From Escherichia phage Gostya9, in the sequence record NC_047979.1: a stretch of DNA of 64,000 nucleotides. One strand, given 5' to 3'. The notes under the pieces are model-generated. The model was given only the letters and a program-made list of their open reading frames with translations, had not been told where the DNA came from and searched no databases. Below are positions 1-8,097 of the stretch, piece after piece. The first letter of the stretch is position 1. The number at the start of each line of letters is the position of its first letter. The position numbers and the translations under genes were made by a program.

Positions 1-408
1 AATACAGTAACGTCTATTATTTTCCAGTTTAAGTCAAGGTGACTTAGTGGTTATGCCCTGCGGTATACTGGGGACTCGGTTAGGTTAGGGTCATGACTTC
101 CTACCTTTTTGCTGCTACTCAACAGGAGTTATCGCGAATTACCTGTGCTATTGTGCACCATTAGTGGCATCTCTCATGCCAGCATTTCCCACTTTGTGGA
201 TAGTTTGAAAAACTACTCCGATATGGAGGGAGAACTTCACTATCCTAGAATACCTTCTAAAGTTCTTCTTTAGCCTGGACATAGTTAAATCGTAATAAAA
301 CTATTCAGCAGACTGGTTGGTTAGCCTGGAACCAACTACCGCGTGGTTTAGGCAGTGCGCAACTAACCTCGGAAGCTTTTACGTTAAAAGCACCAGTTAT
401 CCAGTTCT

Positions 409-480
409 TACCGATCGTAGGATTCGAACCTACATCTTCCACCAGTTACGGCTTGATAATACCGTTTATACTAGATCGGC
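409..480 (-). tRNA. tRNA-like element (possibly degenerate tRNA or pseudo-tRNA); anticodon not assignable
   Basis: Minus-strand sequence GCCGATC...GTAGG-TTCGAAT-CCTAC-GATCGGT-A gives a canonical T-arm (5-bp stem, TTCGAAT loop) and a 7-bp acceptor stem with G1-U71 and discriminator A. The 40 nt between them do not fold into standard D and anticodon arms by hand (only an ACGG/CCGT 4-bp stem with a 10-nt loop). It lies directly downstream of an early-type promoter at 557-585. Confidence 0.4.
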
Positions 481-556
481 AGTGTTACTACATAAGTGAT
501 TTCCACACCCCACTATTTATAACTTAGAGAAGAATTACTCTCTAATTTATGAATAT

Positions 557-585
557 ATTATACAGAATTTATAAGCATTTAGCAA
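557..585 (-). promoter_or_regulatory. sigma70-type early promoter (TTGCTA-N17-TATAAT) directed toward the tRNA-like element
   Basis: Minus-strand reading gives TTGCTA, a 17-bp spacer, TATAAT, then the conserved box ATATTCATAAATT. Confidence 0.5.
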
Positions 586-1036
586 ATGAATTTTTAGAAA
601 ACTCGCTAGCAATCAAGGCGGCTGTTTTACCATCATAACGCCCTGGAAATTCTGCCTTAATAGTTTTCATTAAGAGAGCTTTGGTAATGCCTGGGTTTAG
701 TTTAACTAATTCTGCAAAGTATTTACGAATTTCAGTATCAGATAACTGAGGAGGCAGATACTCCTGCAACCACTTATTTAGAATGTATTCATACTGAGCG
801 GACTGCAAGCTATAACTATCAAGATCTTGACCATGAAGTTTAGCTTTCATTTGGTTAATGCTTTTTAGTTGAGCTTTGAGATAAGACACAAATTGTTCAG
901 AAGTGATGAAATCTTTATCAATACGCTGAAGATCCCCGATTATGGTCTGGTAGCTTTTAGCGACTTCTTTATCAGAACCATTAAACTTAGAATCCTGCAA
1001 AGCTCTACGCAAAACAGCTAAAATATTCTCTTCCAT
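569..1036 (-). CDS. hypothetical protein (155 aa)
   Basis: ORF with ATG start at 1036 whose ATG overlaps the TAA of the upstream small ORF (TAATG). No recognisable motif. Confidence 0.6.
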   Translation of the reverse strand: MEENILAVLRRALQDSKFNGSDKEVAKSYQTIIGDLQRIDKDFITSEQFVSYLKAQLKSINQMKAKLHGQDLDSYSLQSAQYEYILNKWLQEYLPPQLSDTEIRKYFAELVKLNPGITKALLMKTIKAEFPGRYDGKTAALIASEFSKNSFAKCL

Positions 1037-1206
1037 TATTTCATCCCCAATGCTTGGTTGAAAGATTGTTCTGTCATAACTGCTGAGACTTTGGCGAAAT
1101 CAAACTTTTTAGGGTTCGTAGTGATCTCAGCAACGTTGGAAGTTTTAACAGTTTTCGTAGTACGAATACCGCGAGTGTTAACACCAATGACGACCAAGTT
1201 TTTCAT
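1036..1206 (-). CDS. small hypothetical protein (56 aa, below the 60-aa ORF-track threshold)
   Basis: ATG at 1206-1204 preceded by GAGAGGAAG RBS and the promoter at 1238-1266. Translates MKNLVVIGVNTRGIRTTKTVKTSNVAEITTNPKKFDFAKVSAVMTEQSFNQALGMK. Its stop overlaps the next ATG. Confidence 0.45.
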   Translation of the reverse strand: MKNLVVIGVNTRGIRTTKTVKTSNVAEITTNPKKFDFAKVSAVMTEQSFNQALGMK

Positions 1207-1237
1207 ATTTCGCTTCCTCTCATTAATTTATGAAAGT

Positions 1238-1266
1238 ATTATACAGAAGTTTAAGTATTTAAGCAA
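1238..1266 (-). promoter_or_regulatory. sigma70-type early promoter (TTGCTT-N17-TATAAT)
   Basis: Minus strand TTGCTT, 17-bp spacer, TATAAT, followed by the CATAAATT box and an RBS. Confidence 0.5.
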
Positions 1267-1281
1267 ATAAATTTTTAAGTT

Positions 1282-1731
1282 TTAAGTTTTAGTGACAGCA
1301 GGCTTATAAAATGTATGCCCCTTAATCTTAGTTGTTTTCTTAAACTTCTTTGTCCAGTACGGTTTATCTTTACCACTATGGAAGTATAAGGCTCCATGTG
1401 TAGGATCTTGTGGTAAATCAACGTAGTATATCACTCTAGCTAAATTCTTGGCGGTTTGCCAAGCCTCATCGGTTTTATCAACTTTTGGTCTCTTAGATAC
1501 CCAAGAGAACTGGTTAGACTGATATACTACTTTACAGTAGGAATCTGGGAATTTACCGGAGTTTACACGGTTTTTAGTAACATGTGCAATCGCCGTCATT
1601 CCCTTTATGCCCTCACCACGACTTTCGAAATAGATATTTTTAGCAATGCAATCTATTTCTTTTGCATCGTGCGATGCCTGACTACTAAAGCTGAAGGTAA
1701 GGGCAGCTACTAAAAGCAAAGCTGCCTTCAT
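1282..1731 (-). CDS. secreted cell-wall hydrolase, SleB-like (Hydrolase_2 family) with N-terminal signal peptide
   Basis: MKAALLLVAALTFSFSSQAS signal-like N-terminus, then NIYFESRGE...AIAHVTKNR..YCKVVYQ..QFSW motifs typical of SleB/CwlJ-type hydrolases. ATG at 1731 has a GGAG RBS; the track start at 1749 is 6 codons upstream. Confidence 0.6.
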   Translation of the reverse strand: MKAALLLVAALTFSFSSQASHDAKEIDCIAKNIYFESRGEGIKGMTAIAHVTKNRVNSGKFPDSYCKVVYQSNQFSWVSKRPKVDKTDEAWQTAKNLARVIYYVDLPQDPTHGALYFHSGKDKPYWTKKFKKTTKIKGHTFYKPAVTKT

Positions 1732-1736
1732 TCTTT

Positions 1737-2054
1737 TTACTCCTGCCAATCGTATTCAATACGATTGGGGTTTTCTTTGTATCCCAAGTCAAGCAAATCA
1801 TTACGCATAGTTTGCTTAGCTACGGGATTCGAGGTTACTAGTACCACTTTCTTTGGTCTCTGCCCAAATTCTAAGAGTAAACGAAGAATTTGATAACCTT
1901 CCATACCATCTACAGCCAAATCGTTGTCGAAATAAACAAAATGGCCAGTGGTATCAGTCTTATTCAGAAACTCAACAGCGGCTTCTGGGGTTCGAATGAT
2001 AATGTCCATTCCGTGAAGATTACGCACATCATCAATCAAAATATGAAAAGTCAT
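1737..2054 (-). CDS. stand-alone receiver (REC)-like domain protein, putative
   Basis: 105 aa with REC-like landmarks: ILIDDV (acidic pair), VYFDNDL (acceptor-Asp position), VVLVTSNP (Thr), then Lys. Motif-level only. RBS GAGG; promoter at 2084-2112. Confidence 0.4.
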   Translation of the reverse strand: MTFHILIDDVRNLHGMDIIIRTPEAAVEFLNKTDTTGHFVYFDNDLAVDGMEGYQILRLLLEFGQRPKKVVLVTSNPVAKQTMRNDLLDLGYKENPNRIEYDWQE

Positions 2055-2083
2055 AATAGCCTCGTTTCACCAATTTAAAATAT

Positions 2084-2112
2084 ATTATACAGAAAACTTA
2101 ATAAATTAGCAA
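2084..2112 (-). promoter_or_regulatory. sigma70-type early promoter (TTGCTA-N17-TATAAT)
   Basis: Minus strand TTGCTA, 17-bp spacer, TATAAT, about 30 nt upstream of the ATG at 2054. Confidence 0.5.
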
Positions 2113-2495
2113 ATACATTTTTAAATTGTGAAACTAGTAAACCGATAAACAGCCTAGGGGCGCCACAGGCCATATCTTATGAGCCATGTACCTTTGATCT
2201 AGGGTTTGAATCATCAACGAATACTTTGCATCTTTTAGCTTTAGAAGTTTAGAAGTTTGAGTTCTTTAAACTTTTCAGCTTTCATACTTAAATGTTGATC
2301 TTTGAAGTTGTGTCGGTAATATCAACGACGCTTTGTTTTTACGTGTCAGATTAAATGTCTGATGTAATAAACATAATCTCCAATAGATTATACTTTATAG
2401 TATGGTCAGCGGTCTTATTTAACCTCGTATTTCAACCGCTGCTGCGAGGTAAGATGCTTGGGCTTTCGTCTACCGATTTACTAGCTTTTAAATTA

Positions 2496-3134
2496 TTACT
2501 CTACTTCAATGAAAGTAGAGGCATTGGACTCAGACAGAACAAAGTCAACATTAGTTGCAAAGTCCTGGTATTCTTCGTCGTGCTGCTTGATCAGCTTTTC
2601 CAGCTCCAGCGGATCAATCAAGAATGGGGTATTCTTGAGTTCCAACAGGTTGAGCTGCATTTTAACTTCATCTTCGGAAGTTTTCTTATCGCGGGTAGCC
2701 ATGCTATCCTGCAAACGCTCATATTTAGCATCAAACTGTGCTTTCTGCGTATTAAACTTAACCGTAGCGGCATGGAACTGCTTACGCATATTAGCCAGCA
2801 ACTGAGCTTTAAGTTCCATAGAACGTTTAGCTTCAATTGCTTCTGCAACAGTCATTTTACGAGAACCAATCTCAACGATTGTTTCCGCATTGCTCTTAAT
2901 CAATGCTGCTTTGATACGATCACGTTGGGACAGCATATCTAGTAGGGATTGGAAATCTGTCTTAATACGATTAGACAGATCTTCTACTTCGATTGCGGCA
3001 CCAACTACAACCTGGTTTTTATCCTTACCTTCACCAACAGCGATCAGAAGCTGTTGTTCAGTAGCTTTACGGATTTTAGCTTCCAGAGATTTGATGGTTG
3101 CCAGAGCACGAGTTTTAGAGATACGAGTGGTCAC
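2496..3134 (-). CDS. hypothetical protein (212 aa), probable GTG start
   Basis: Long ORF with AAGGAAG RBS 7 nt upstream of GTG at 3134 and no in-frame ATG nearby. Charged, coiled-coil-like composition. Confidence 0.5.
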   Translation of the reverse strand: MTTRISKTRALATIKSLEAKIRKATEQQLLIAVGEGKDKNQVVVGAAIEVEDLSNRIKTDFQSLLDMLSQRDRIKAALIKSNAETIVEIGSRKMTVAEAIEAKRSMELKAQLLANMRKQFHAATVKFNTQKAQFDAKYERLQDSMATRDKKTSEDEVKMQLNLLELKNTPFLIDPLELEKLIKQHDEEYQDFATNVDFVLSESNASTFIEVE

Positions 3135-3186
3135 TGTTTCTTCCTTACATGAAGTTTAAGGTTTGAATTTGTTTAAAGTTGGTCTA

Positions 3187-3369
3187 TTACAGACCCATTG
3201 CCAGTAAGGTACGCAGAACAGTATCTTTACTATTATCAATTTTAGGATTAGCACGATTTAGCAGATCAAAGATTTTCTGGACACCTGATTGACGTTCAGC
3301 CATACGACGGATACCCAGATTACGAGTAGCTTTCTTACCATTTTTACGAACATTTTTAGATACTGGCAT
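3187..3369 (-). CDS. small basic hypothetical protein (60 aa)
   Basis: ATG-initiated ORF immediately downstream of the promoter at 3411-3439; Lys/Arg-rich. Confidence 0.45.
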   Translation of the reverse strand: MPVSKNVRKNGKKATRNLGIRRMAERQSGVQKIFDLLNRANPKIDNSKDTVLRTLLAMGL

Positions 3370-3410
3370 ATTTGTTTTCCTTTTATTGTTTTCTCAAATT
3401 TATGAAATAT

Positions 3411-3439
3411 ATTATACAGAATTTTGGAGCCGGAAGCAA
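3411..3439 (-). promoter_or_regulatory. sigma70-type early promoter (TTGCTT-N17-TATAAT)
   Basis: Minus strand TTGCTT, 17-bp spacer, TATAAT, CATAAATTT box. Confidence 0.5.
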
Positions 3440-3440
3440 A

Positions 3441-4142
3441 TCAAATTTTCATTTTTTCGATCATAGCTGCAACACAATAGCTCTCAACTAAGGCATCGAA
3501 TGCTGGGTCGTGCTTAACCGGATATATCCCGTAACGAATGGTGTCCATCTTCTCCATTTTAGCTATTGCCCAGCTAATACCTTCGGTCTCTAGAGCCTTA
3601 TAACTGTATCCAGCTTGCATCCAGAGATTACGAAGGGATCGAACATTACCCAAATTCCAGAATTTCCACGGAACTATTTCTTCATTGGTTCCAGCATGGA
3701 AAGTGTTTGCAGAGTAGATAGTCATATCAAACTCTGGGCCATTGCCATAATACAAAGCATTTTCGCCTAGAGCCAATTCCATAATGTTTTTAGCCATAGA
3801 ATAAGCTGCATAGTTAGAGCCGAGCTTATTAGTACAGTGATGTTTACCATCTTGAAAAGCAATCAGCTTTGGATTACGCTCGTTCATAGCTTCCATAATG
3901 TGGAAAGCAGACGGACTATTTTTAGCTTGATCCATCCAGAATGCTAGAGTAGATGCTGTAACTTTGGCACCAGAATTAAGCTGATCCTGCACATCCAAAG
4001 TAACAAACACTAGATCAGGGTCTTTATCAATTCCGTGCATAGCCACAAAAGCGAAAGAAGGCATTACGATATGAGTAGTACCACAATCTCCCGGAGTTCC
4101 TAGAGATTCAATATCTAACATACCAAATGGTTTTACTTTCAT
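3441..4142 (-). CDS. putative 3'-5' exonuclease (DEDD / DnaQ-like fold)
   Basis: N-terminal FGMLDIESLG resembles DEDD exonuclease motif I (D-x-E); 233 aa. Motif-level inference only. Confidence 0.45.
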   Translation of the reverse strand: MKVKPFGMLDIESLGTPGDCGTTHIVMPSFAFVAMHGIDKDPDLVFVTLDVQDQLNSGAKVTASTLAFWMDQAKNSPSAFHIMEAMNERNPKLIAFQDGKHHCTNKLGSNYAAYSMAKNIMELALGENALYYGNGPEFDMTIYSANTFHAGTNEEIVPWKFWNLGNVRSLRNLWMQAGYSYKALETEGISWAIAKMEKMDTIRYGIYPVKHDPAFDALVESYCVAAMIEKMKI

Positions 4143-4170
4143 AACTTATCCTTTATTGTGTAGAAAACTA

Positions 4171-4407
4171 TTAAAGAGCTGTCTCTTTAATAGACTCCCA
4201 CTTCTTGGGGTCTTTAAAACCAGGAAGCATATCTTCACTAACATCCCAGTTTTCTTCCGTAGAAAAGTCTGGCCATTCATTCCAACTATCTTCCAGCTCT
4301 TCATACCAGGTATCCATTACCTCATGACTAGAAAGTCGTGTATAATCTCTAGCGGATTTATGAGTGCTAGCACGGTTAAAATCATTCTTTGCTACAAAAT
4401 TACGCAT
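4171..4407 (-). CDS. small acidic Trp-rich hypothetical protein (78 aa)
   Basis: ATG at 4407 with GGAG RBS; strongly acidic (EELEDSWNEWPDFSTEENWDVSED). Confidence 0.5.
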   Translation of the reverse strand: MRNFVAKNDFNRASTHKSARDYTRLSSHEVMDTWYEELEDSWNEWPDFSTEENWDVSEDMLPGFKDPKKWESIKETAL

Positions 4408-4415
4408 AGTTTCTC

Positions 4416-4442
4416 CAAAAATATGAGGGGCTTTCGCCCCTC
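4416..4442 (-). terminator. rho-independent terminator
   Basis: Hairpin GAGGGGC-TTTC-GCCCCTC followed on the minus strand by a U-rich tract. Confidence 0.5.
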
Positions 4443-4449
4443 TTATCTA

Positions 4450-4965
4450 TTACTTCGCTTTACGTTTACGAGCTGGTTTAGCGGATTTACGAGCAGAATC
4501 ACCCGTAAATTTAATACCCACACCATAGCATAGAGCACGAACGTTATCTTTGCTATATTCTACGCCGAAGATATTTGGCTTAACAGAACCAAACTGGCCA
4601 CGAGTATCACGCAGTACATCTGCCGTTGGTTTACGCTTCTGGTTAACTGCTTTCTCATAGTCTTTCATGGCCATGCCATTACGAGGGAACAACTCAGCTC
4701 CAGCATTGAAACTCAGTGTTACTGGAACAGATTTGTGACCGTAACCCTGTACATAGGTTACGAGGCGGACTACAGAACGAGTAGCATTCTTAGCCTTCGG
4801 CTTTTGACGAATCGGAGCCGGACGATTCAGTGCCTGTGCAGCTTGAGCATCAGTAGGATGCTTGCGCAGGTGGCGTTCCAGACGAGCTTTGCGGTTAGCC
4901 TCAGTCTGTGGGAAAGTTTTAACTGCCGGAGCTGCTTGAGTTTTTGCGTTTTTCTGCTTAGCCAT
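4450..4965 (-). CDS. basic hypothetical protein (171 aa)
   Basis: ATG start 39 nt downstream of the promoter at 5004-5032; Lys/Arg-rich N- and C-termini. Confidence 0.55.
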   Translation of the reverse strand: MAKQKNAKTQAAPAVKTFPQTEANRKARLERHLRKHPTDAQAAQALNRPAPIRQKPKAKNATRSVVRLVTYVQGYGHKSVPVTLSFNAGAELFPRNGMAMKDYEKAVNQKRKPTADVLRDTRGQFGSVKPNIFGVEYSKDNVRALCYGVGIKFTGDSARKSAKPARKRKAK

Positions 4966-5003
4966 TATTTGTTTTCCTTTTTGTTTATCAATTTATGAAG
5001 TAT

Positions 5004-5032
5004 ATTATACGAGAATTTGAAGCGTTTAGCAA
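5004..5032 (-). promoter_or_regulatory. sigma70-type early promoter (TTGCTA-N17-TATAAT)
   Basis: Minus strand TTGCTA, 17-bp spacer, TATAAT, CATAAATTGATA box. Confidence 0.5.
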
Positions 5033-5048
5033 ATGAATTTTTTAAAAA

Positions 5049-5327
5049 TTATCTGCCAACCATCTTAGCTTGTTCGGCATCTGAGACATATTGATACGCT
5101 CCTTTATTATACGCTGGAGCAGTACACATTTTCTTACGCTCAATCTCTTCTTGAGCTTTTCTTTCGCGTTCAGCTAATTCTTCATCCAGATAAACTAAAC
5201 GTTGTTCTGGAGGAGGTGGAAGACGTGTTTCTGGCTCCCCAATATTAGCCTTTCTTATTTGACGAGGTGATTGTACACGTTTTCTCAACGGTTTAAATCC
5301 TAATGAATTTGAGTTATAAATTCGCAT
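5049..5327 (-). CDS. hypothetical protein (92 aa)
   Basis: ATG with strong GAGGAGG RBS; promoter at 5355-5383. Confidence 0.55.
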   Translation of the reverse strand: MRIYNSNSLGFKPLRKRVQSPRQIRKANIGEPETRLPPPPEQRLVYLDEELAERERKAQEEIERKKMCTAPAYNKGAYQYVSDAEQAKMVGR

Positions 5328-5354
5328 AAAGCCCTCCTCACTTTCAATACGAAT

Positions 5355-5383
5355 ATTATACTAAATTAGAGGGCTTTAAGCAA
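5355..5383 (-). promoter_or_regulatory. sigma70-type early promoter (TTGCTT-N17-TATAAT)
   Basis: Minus strand TTGCTT, 17-bp spacer, TATAAT. Confidence 0.5.
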
Positions 5384-5403
5384 CTGAATTTTTAAATTAT
5401 TTA

Positions 5404-5880
5404 TTACATCTCCGCAAGTTCTTGCTCAGTAATAACTGTGTTACACAGTGCATCTACAGCTTCATTACCACTAATACCAGAATGTCCTTTAACCTTAATA
5501 AAGGTAGGATTAGTATTATGAAAGTTGATATACTGCTGTGTTAATTTAAATGCTTCCTGCCACAGCTCTAGGTTAAGAGGAACTTCACCATCTGCTTTCT
5601 TCCAGCCTTTCCTTTGCCAAGAGAACATCCAGCTTTCCATGCCATTTTTGCAATAAGCAGAGTCAGTATAGATAACACTTGGTCTATTATCCTTTTTAAC
5701 GGACCAACGTAGAGCTTCTACAATAGCCGTGAGTTCCATCTCATTATTTGTAGTTTTAGGATTATAACCAGATTTAGAGCCTAAACGATCGTCATTATCA
5801 TCATAGACAATAAAACCCCAAGCACCCGGGCCAGGGTTGGACTTACAAGCACCATCTGTGTAAATGTGGAAAACCGACAT
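5404..5880 (-). CDS. rnh: ribonuclease H
   Basis: N-terminal IYTDGACKSNPGPGAWG is the hallmark RNase HI motif; 158 aa. Confidence 0.85.
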   Translation of the reverse strand: MSVFHIYTDGACKSNPGPGAWGFIVYDDNDDRLGSKSGYNPKTTNNEMELTAIVEALRWSVKKDNRPSVIYTDSAYCKNGMESWMFSWQRKGWKKADGEVPLNLELWQEAFKLTQQYINFHNTNPTFIKVKGHSGISGNEAVDALCNTVITEQELAEM

Positions 5881-5882
5881 TA

Positions 5883-6392
5883 TTATTCCCCTTCGTAGGT
5901 ATCTTCAGGCCAATGTGATGGTTCACTATCTGCTGGTTTATACATTCTAGGTAGTGCTAATAGTGAGAGAAAAGCTGGCTCACTAAAGTAGTGAGTATAT
6001 TCTTTAAACTCTGAGAACCACTCAGTTACCTCTTGAATATCCTCTTCACAAGGTGAGAGAGTTTCTATGGAACAGGTTGCACCCCTCTTAGGTTTGGTTT
6101 TATAATAGTCATCTAGTACTCTTTGAACCTTCTGTGCTGTTTCCTCAGCAGTTAAAGATTCATCACACTCTATACTATCTATCTCCTCTGCTAGATAGTC
6201 CGGCCATTCCTCTCCCTGACCTACTCCATCATAACGAATGACTGGCTGGCAGTCCTCATCACTATTTAGTGCATGTAGTTCCATATAATGGAACGTTTGG
6301 GCTATTACATCTAGCAGCAACTTTAGTTGCTCTTTTGAGGCTGTCCCTTCTTTGTACTTAATATAGGCATTAGCTACTTTTGGATTAATCAT
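5883..6392 (-). CDS. acidic hypothetical protein (169 aa)
   Basis: ATG-initiated ORF downstream of the promoter at 6427-6455; very Asp/Glu-rich. Confidence 0.55.
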   Translation of the reverse strand: MINPKVANAYIKYKEGTASKEQLKLLLDVIAQTFHYMELHALNSDEDCQPVIRYDGVGQGEEWPDYLAEEIDSIECDESLTAEETAQKVQRVLDDYYKTKPKRGATCSIETLSPCEEDIQEVTEWFSEFKEYTHYFSEPAFLSLLALPRMYKPADSEPSHWPEDTYEGE

Positions 6393-6426
6393 ATTCGTAT
6401 TTATCCTTTGTTTATTAATTGAGTAT

Positions 6427-6455
6427 ATTATATTTAAATTTCACTAAATAAGCAA
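6427..6455 (-). promoter_or_regulatory. sigma70-type early promoter (TTGCTT-N17-TATAAT)
   Basis: Minus strand TTGCTT, 17-bp spacer, TATAAT. Confidence 0.45.
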
Positions 6456-6493
6456 ATGAAATTTAAGTATAATAGCCCCGAAGGCTATTTAAA

Positions 6494-7267
6494 TTATACA
6501 AACTCATACGCCGGGAACTTAGGTGAACGAACTCTATTACCTATAGTCGCTGTGGAACACCCCAATGCTCTAGCTGCTGCACTCATACTAACGTATTCCA
6601 CACCATCCACACGTACTGCCTTAAAGTGAGTAGGAATGGGTGTCTTTCCCTCTCTAATACTTTCTTGGTACTGCTTAGAAGCCTGAGACATCTTGCTCAG
6701 AGCCTCTTCAGTGTGCTTCTTCCCATAAAAGGAGTTATTCTCACCTGTTCGATCCCTACAACTATTACAGTACTCCCCATTAGTGTTATTAAGGGCTAGT
6801 AGGGAACCACAATCAATACATGTTTTTGAGCGAGTAGATACTCCTCCCTTCCAGTTATAGTTTAGCTCGCCTGGTCTACTCCACCGGGCTTTTCTTTCTT
6901 CTTTAGATAAGGACGCTATATGCTTTCTAACACTCTCACTAATTCTCTTAATAATCTCCTCTCTTCGAGGATTATTTGTGAGATTATCCCCGCCACCGTA
7001 GCTACCTATGTTGAACTCTGCTCCCAGCTCCTTAGCCCACTCTTCTTCTAGTAAGAACTGCTGATCTACTTCTTCAGTAGTATCTAAGATGTCAAATACA
7101 AAGTCTTGCTTTCCGGTTTTATCATAAGCTCTCTGTAGAAAAGCGTTATGGTGGTTCCCCTTACTTAGTGAGTAAAAATGTTTACGCTTTCTAGCCTCAA
7201 TATCCTTAGTCGATCCAACGTACTGTCTTCCCGTAGATAGCTGAGTTATACTATAGATGTAAATCAT
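6494..7267 (-). CDS. GIY-YIG homing endonuclease
   Basis: N-terminal IYIYSI...GRQYVGST...R..KH matches the GIY-YIG catalytic module; C-terminal region has repeated NUMOD-like Cys-containing DNA-binding segments. Free-standing gene upstream of thyA. Confidence 0.75.
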   Translation of the reverse strand: MIYIYSITQLSTGRQYVGSTKDIEARKRKHFYSLSKGNHHNAFLQRAYDKTGKQDFVFDILDTTEEVDQQFLLEEEWAKELGAEFNIGSYGGGDNLTNNPRREEIIKRISESVRKHIASLSKEERKARWSRPGELNYNWKGGVSTRSKTCIDCGSLLALNNTNGEYCNSCRDRTGENNSFYGKKHTEEALSKMSQASKQYQESIREGKTPIPTHFKAVRVDGVEYVSMSAAARALGCSTATIGNRVRSPKFPAYEFV

Positions 7268-8097
7268 GCTGCCATTTTACCAGTTAATTTAGGGTGATGT
7301 TTATATTCTTCCAGGATAAAGTCTTTGGGTGTTAGGGCCAGAAGATCTTCTAAGGAAGAGAAGTTTGGCAGTACTAGTCTAGGTAGCTCCAGGGGTTCTC
7401 TAGTTACTTGCTCCTTTACTTGGTCTAGGTGATTTAAGTAAATATGAGTGTCCACAAGATGTCCTGTTACTGACCCAGGTTTCTTTCCTGTGAGTGCAGC
7501 TAAAATATGACAGAGTAAGGCATAGCTAGCTATATTAAATGGTAATCCTAGAAATACATCACAACTAACCTGGTACCATGTTAAGTGTAGGTGTCCATCT
7601 CTTTGGTTTACAGAGAACATTACGTGGCAGGGAGAAAGCACAACGTCGTCAAGTTTTGCAGGATTCCATGCTGAGACTACCATTTTTCTATTATGAAAAA
7701 TATCGGATTTGATATCCTCGATTAGTTTCATAATCTGGTCTGTACCGAAGAAGTCTCTCCAGTTTTTCCCATAAATATATCCCAGATAACCTTCAGTGTA
7801 GCCTTTTTCGACCCCTTGTTTTTCATAATTAGGATGCCAGATAGTACGCTTCTCTCCTCTAGTCCCATGAGTATACTCTTCTAGATCATACAAGTTAGTA
7901 GATCCTGAGAGGAACCACAACAACTCCCCTACCACGGATTTCCACGCTAGTGCTTTTGTTGTTACTGCTGGAAACCCTTTAGTAAGGTCAAAAGAGACAA
8001 TATTATTTAGGGAAGAGATAGTACCTACACCTGTCCGGTCAGACACGTGGGTTCCCTCAGATAAAACTTTATTAATTAAATCAATATACTGTTTCAT
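7264..8097 (-). CDS. thyA: thymidylate synthase
   Basis: PCHVMF...YQVSCDVFLGLPFNIASYALL matches the ThyA active-site region (catalytic Cys in PCH). Confidence 0.9.
   Translation of the reverse strand: MKQYIDLINKVLSEGTHVSDRTGVGTISSLNNIVSFDLTKGFPAVTTKALAWKSVVGELLWFLSGSTNLYDLEEYTHGTRGEKRTIWHPNYEKQGVEKGYTEGYLGYIYGKNWRDFFGTDQIMKLIEDIKSDIFHNRKMVVSAWNPAKLDDVVLSPCHVMFSVNQRDGHLHLTWYQVSCDVFLGLPFNIASYALLCHILAALTGKKPGSVTGHLVDTHIYLNHLDQVKEQVTREPLELPRLVLPNFSSLEDLLALTPKDFILEEYKHHPKLTGKMAA

Noticed and set aside
317-499. 60-aa plus-strand ORF at the window start
   Set aside because: It overlaps the tRNA-like element and the hairpin-rich non-coding stretch and has no RBS or promoter context; most likely non-coding.
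1058-1270. 70-aa plus-strand ORF
   Set aside because: Antisense to the promoter/RBS/56-aa gene arrangement on the minus strand, and on the opposite strand from the surrounding early operon.
2355-2942. 195-aa plus-strand ORF plus other overlapping ORFs at 2509-3159
   Set aside because: Antisense to the minus-strand gene 2496-3134 and lying in the wrong orientation for this early block; Leu/Ser/Phe-rich composition typical of spurious frames in AT-rich DNA.
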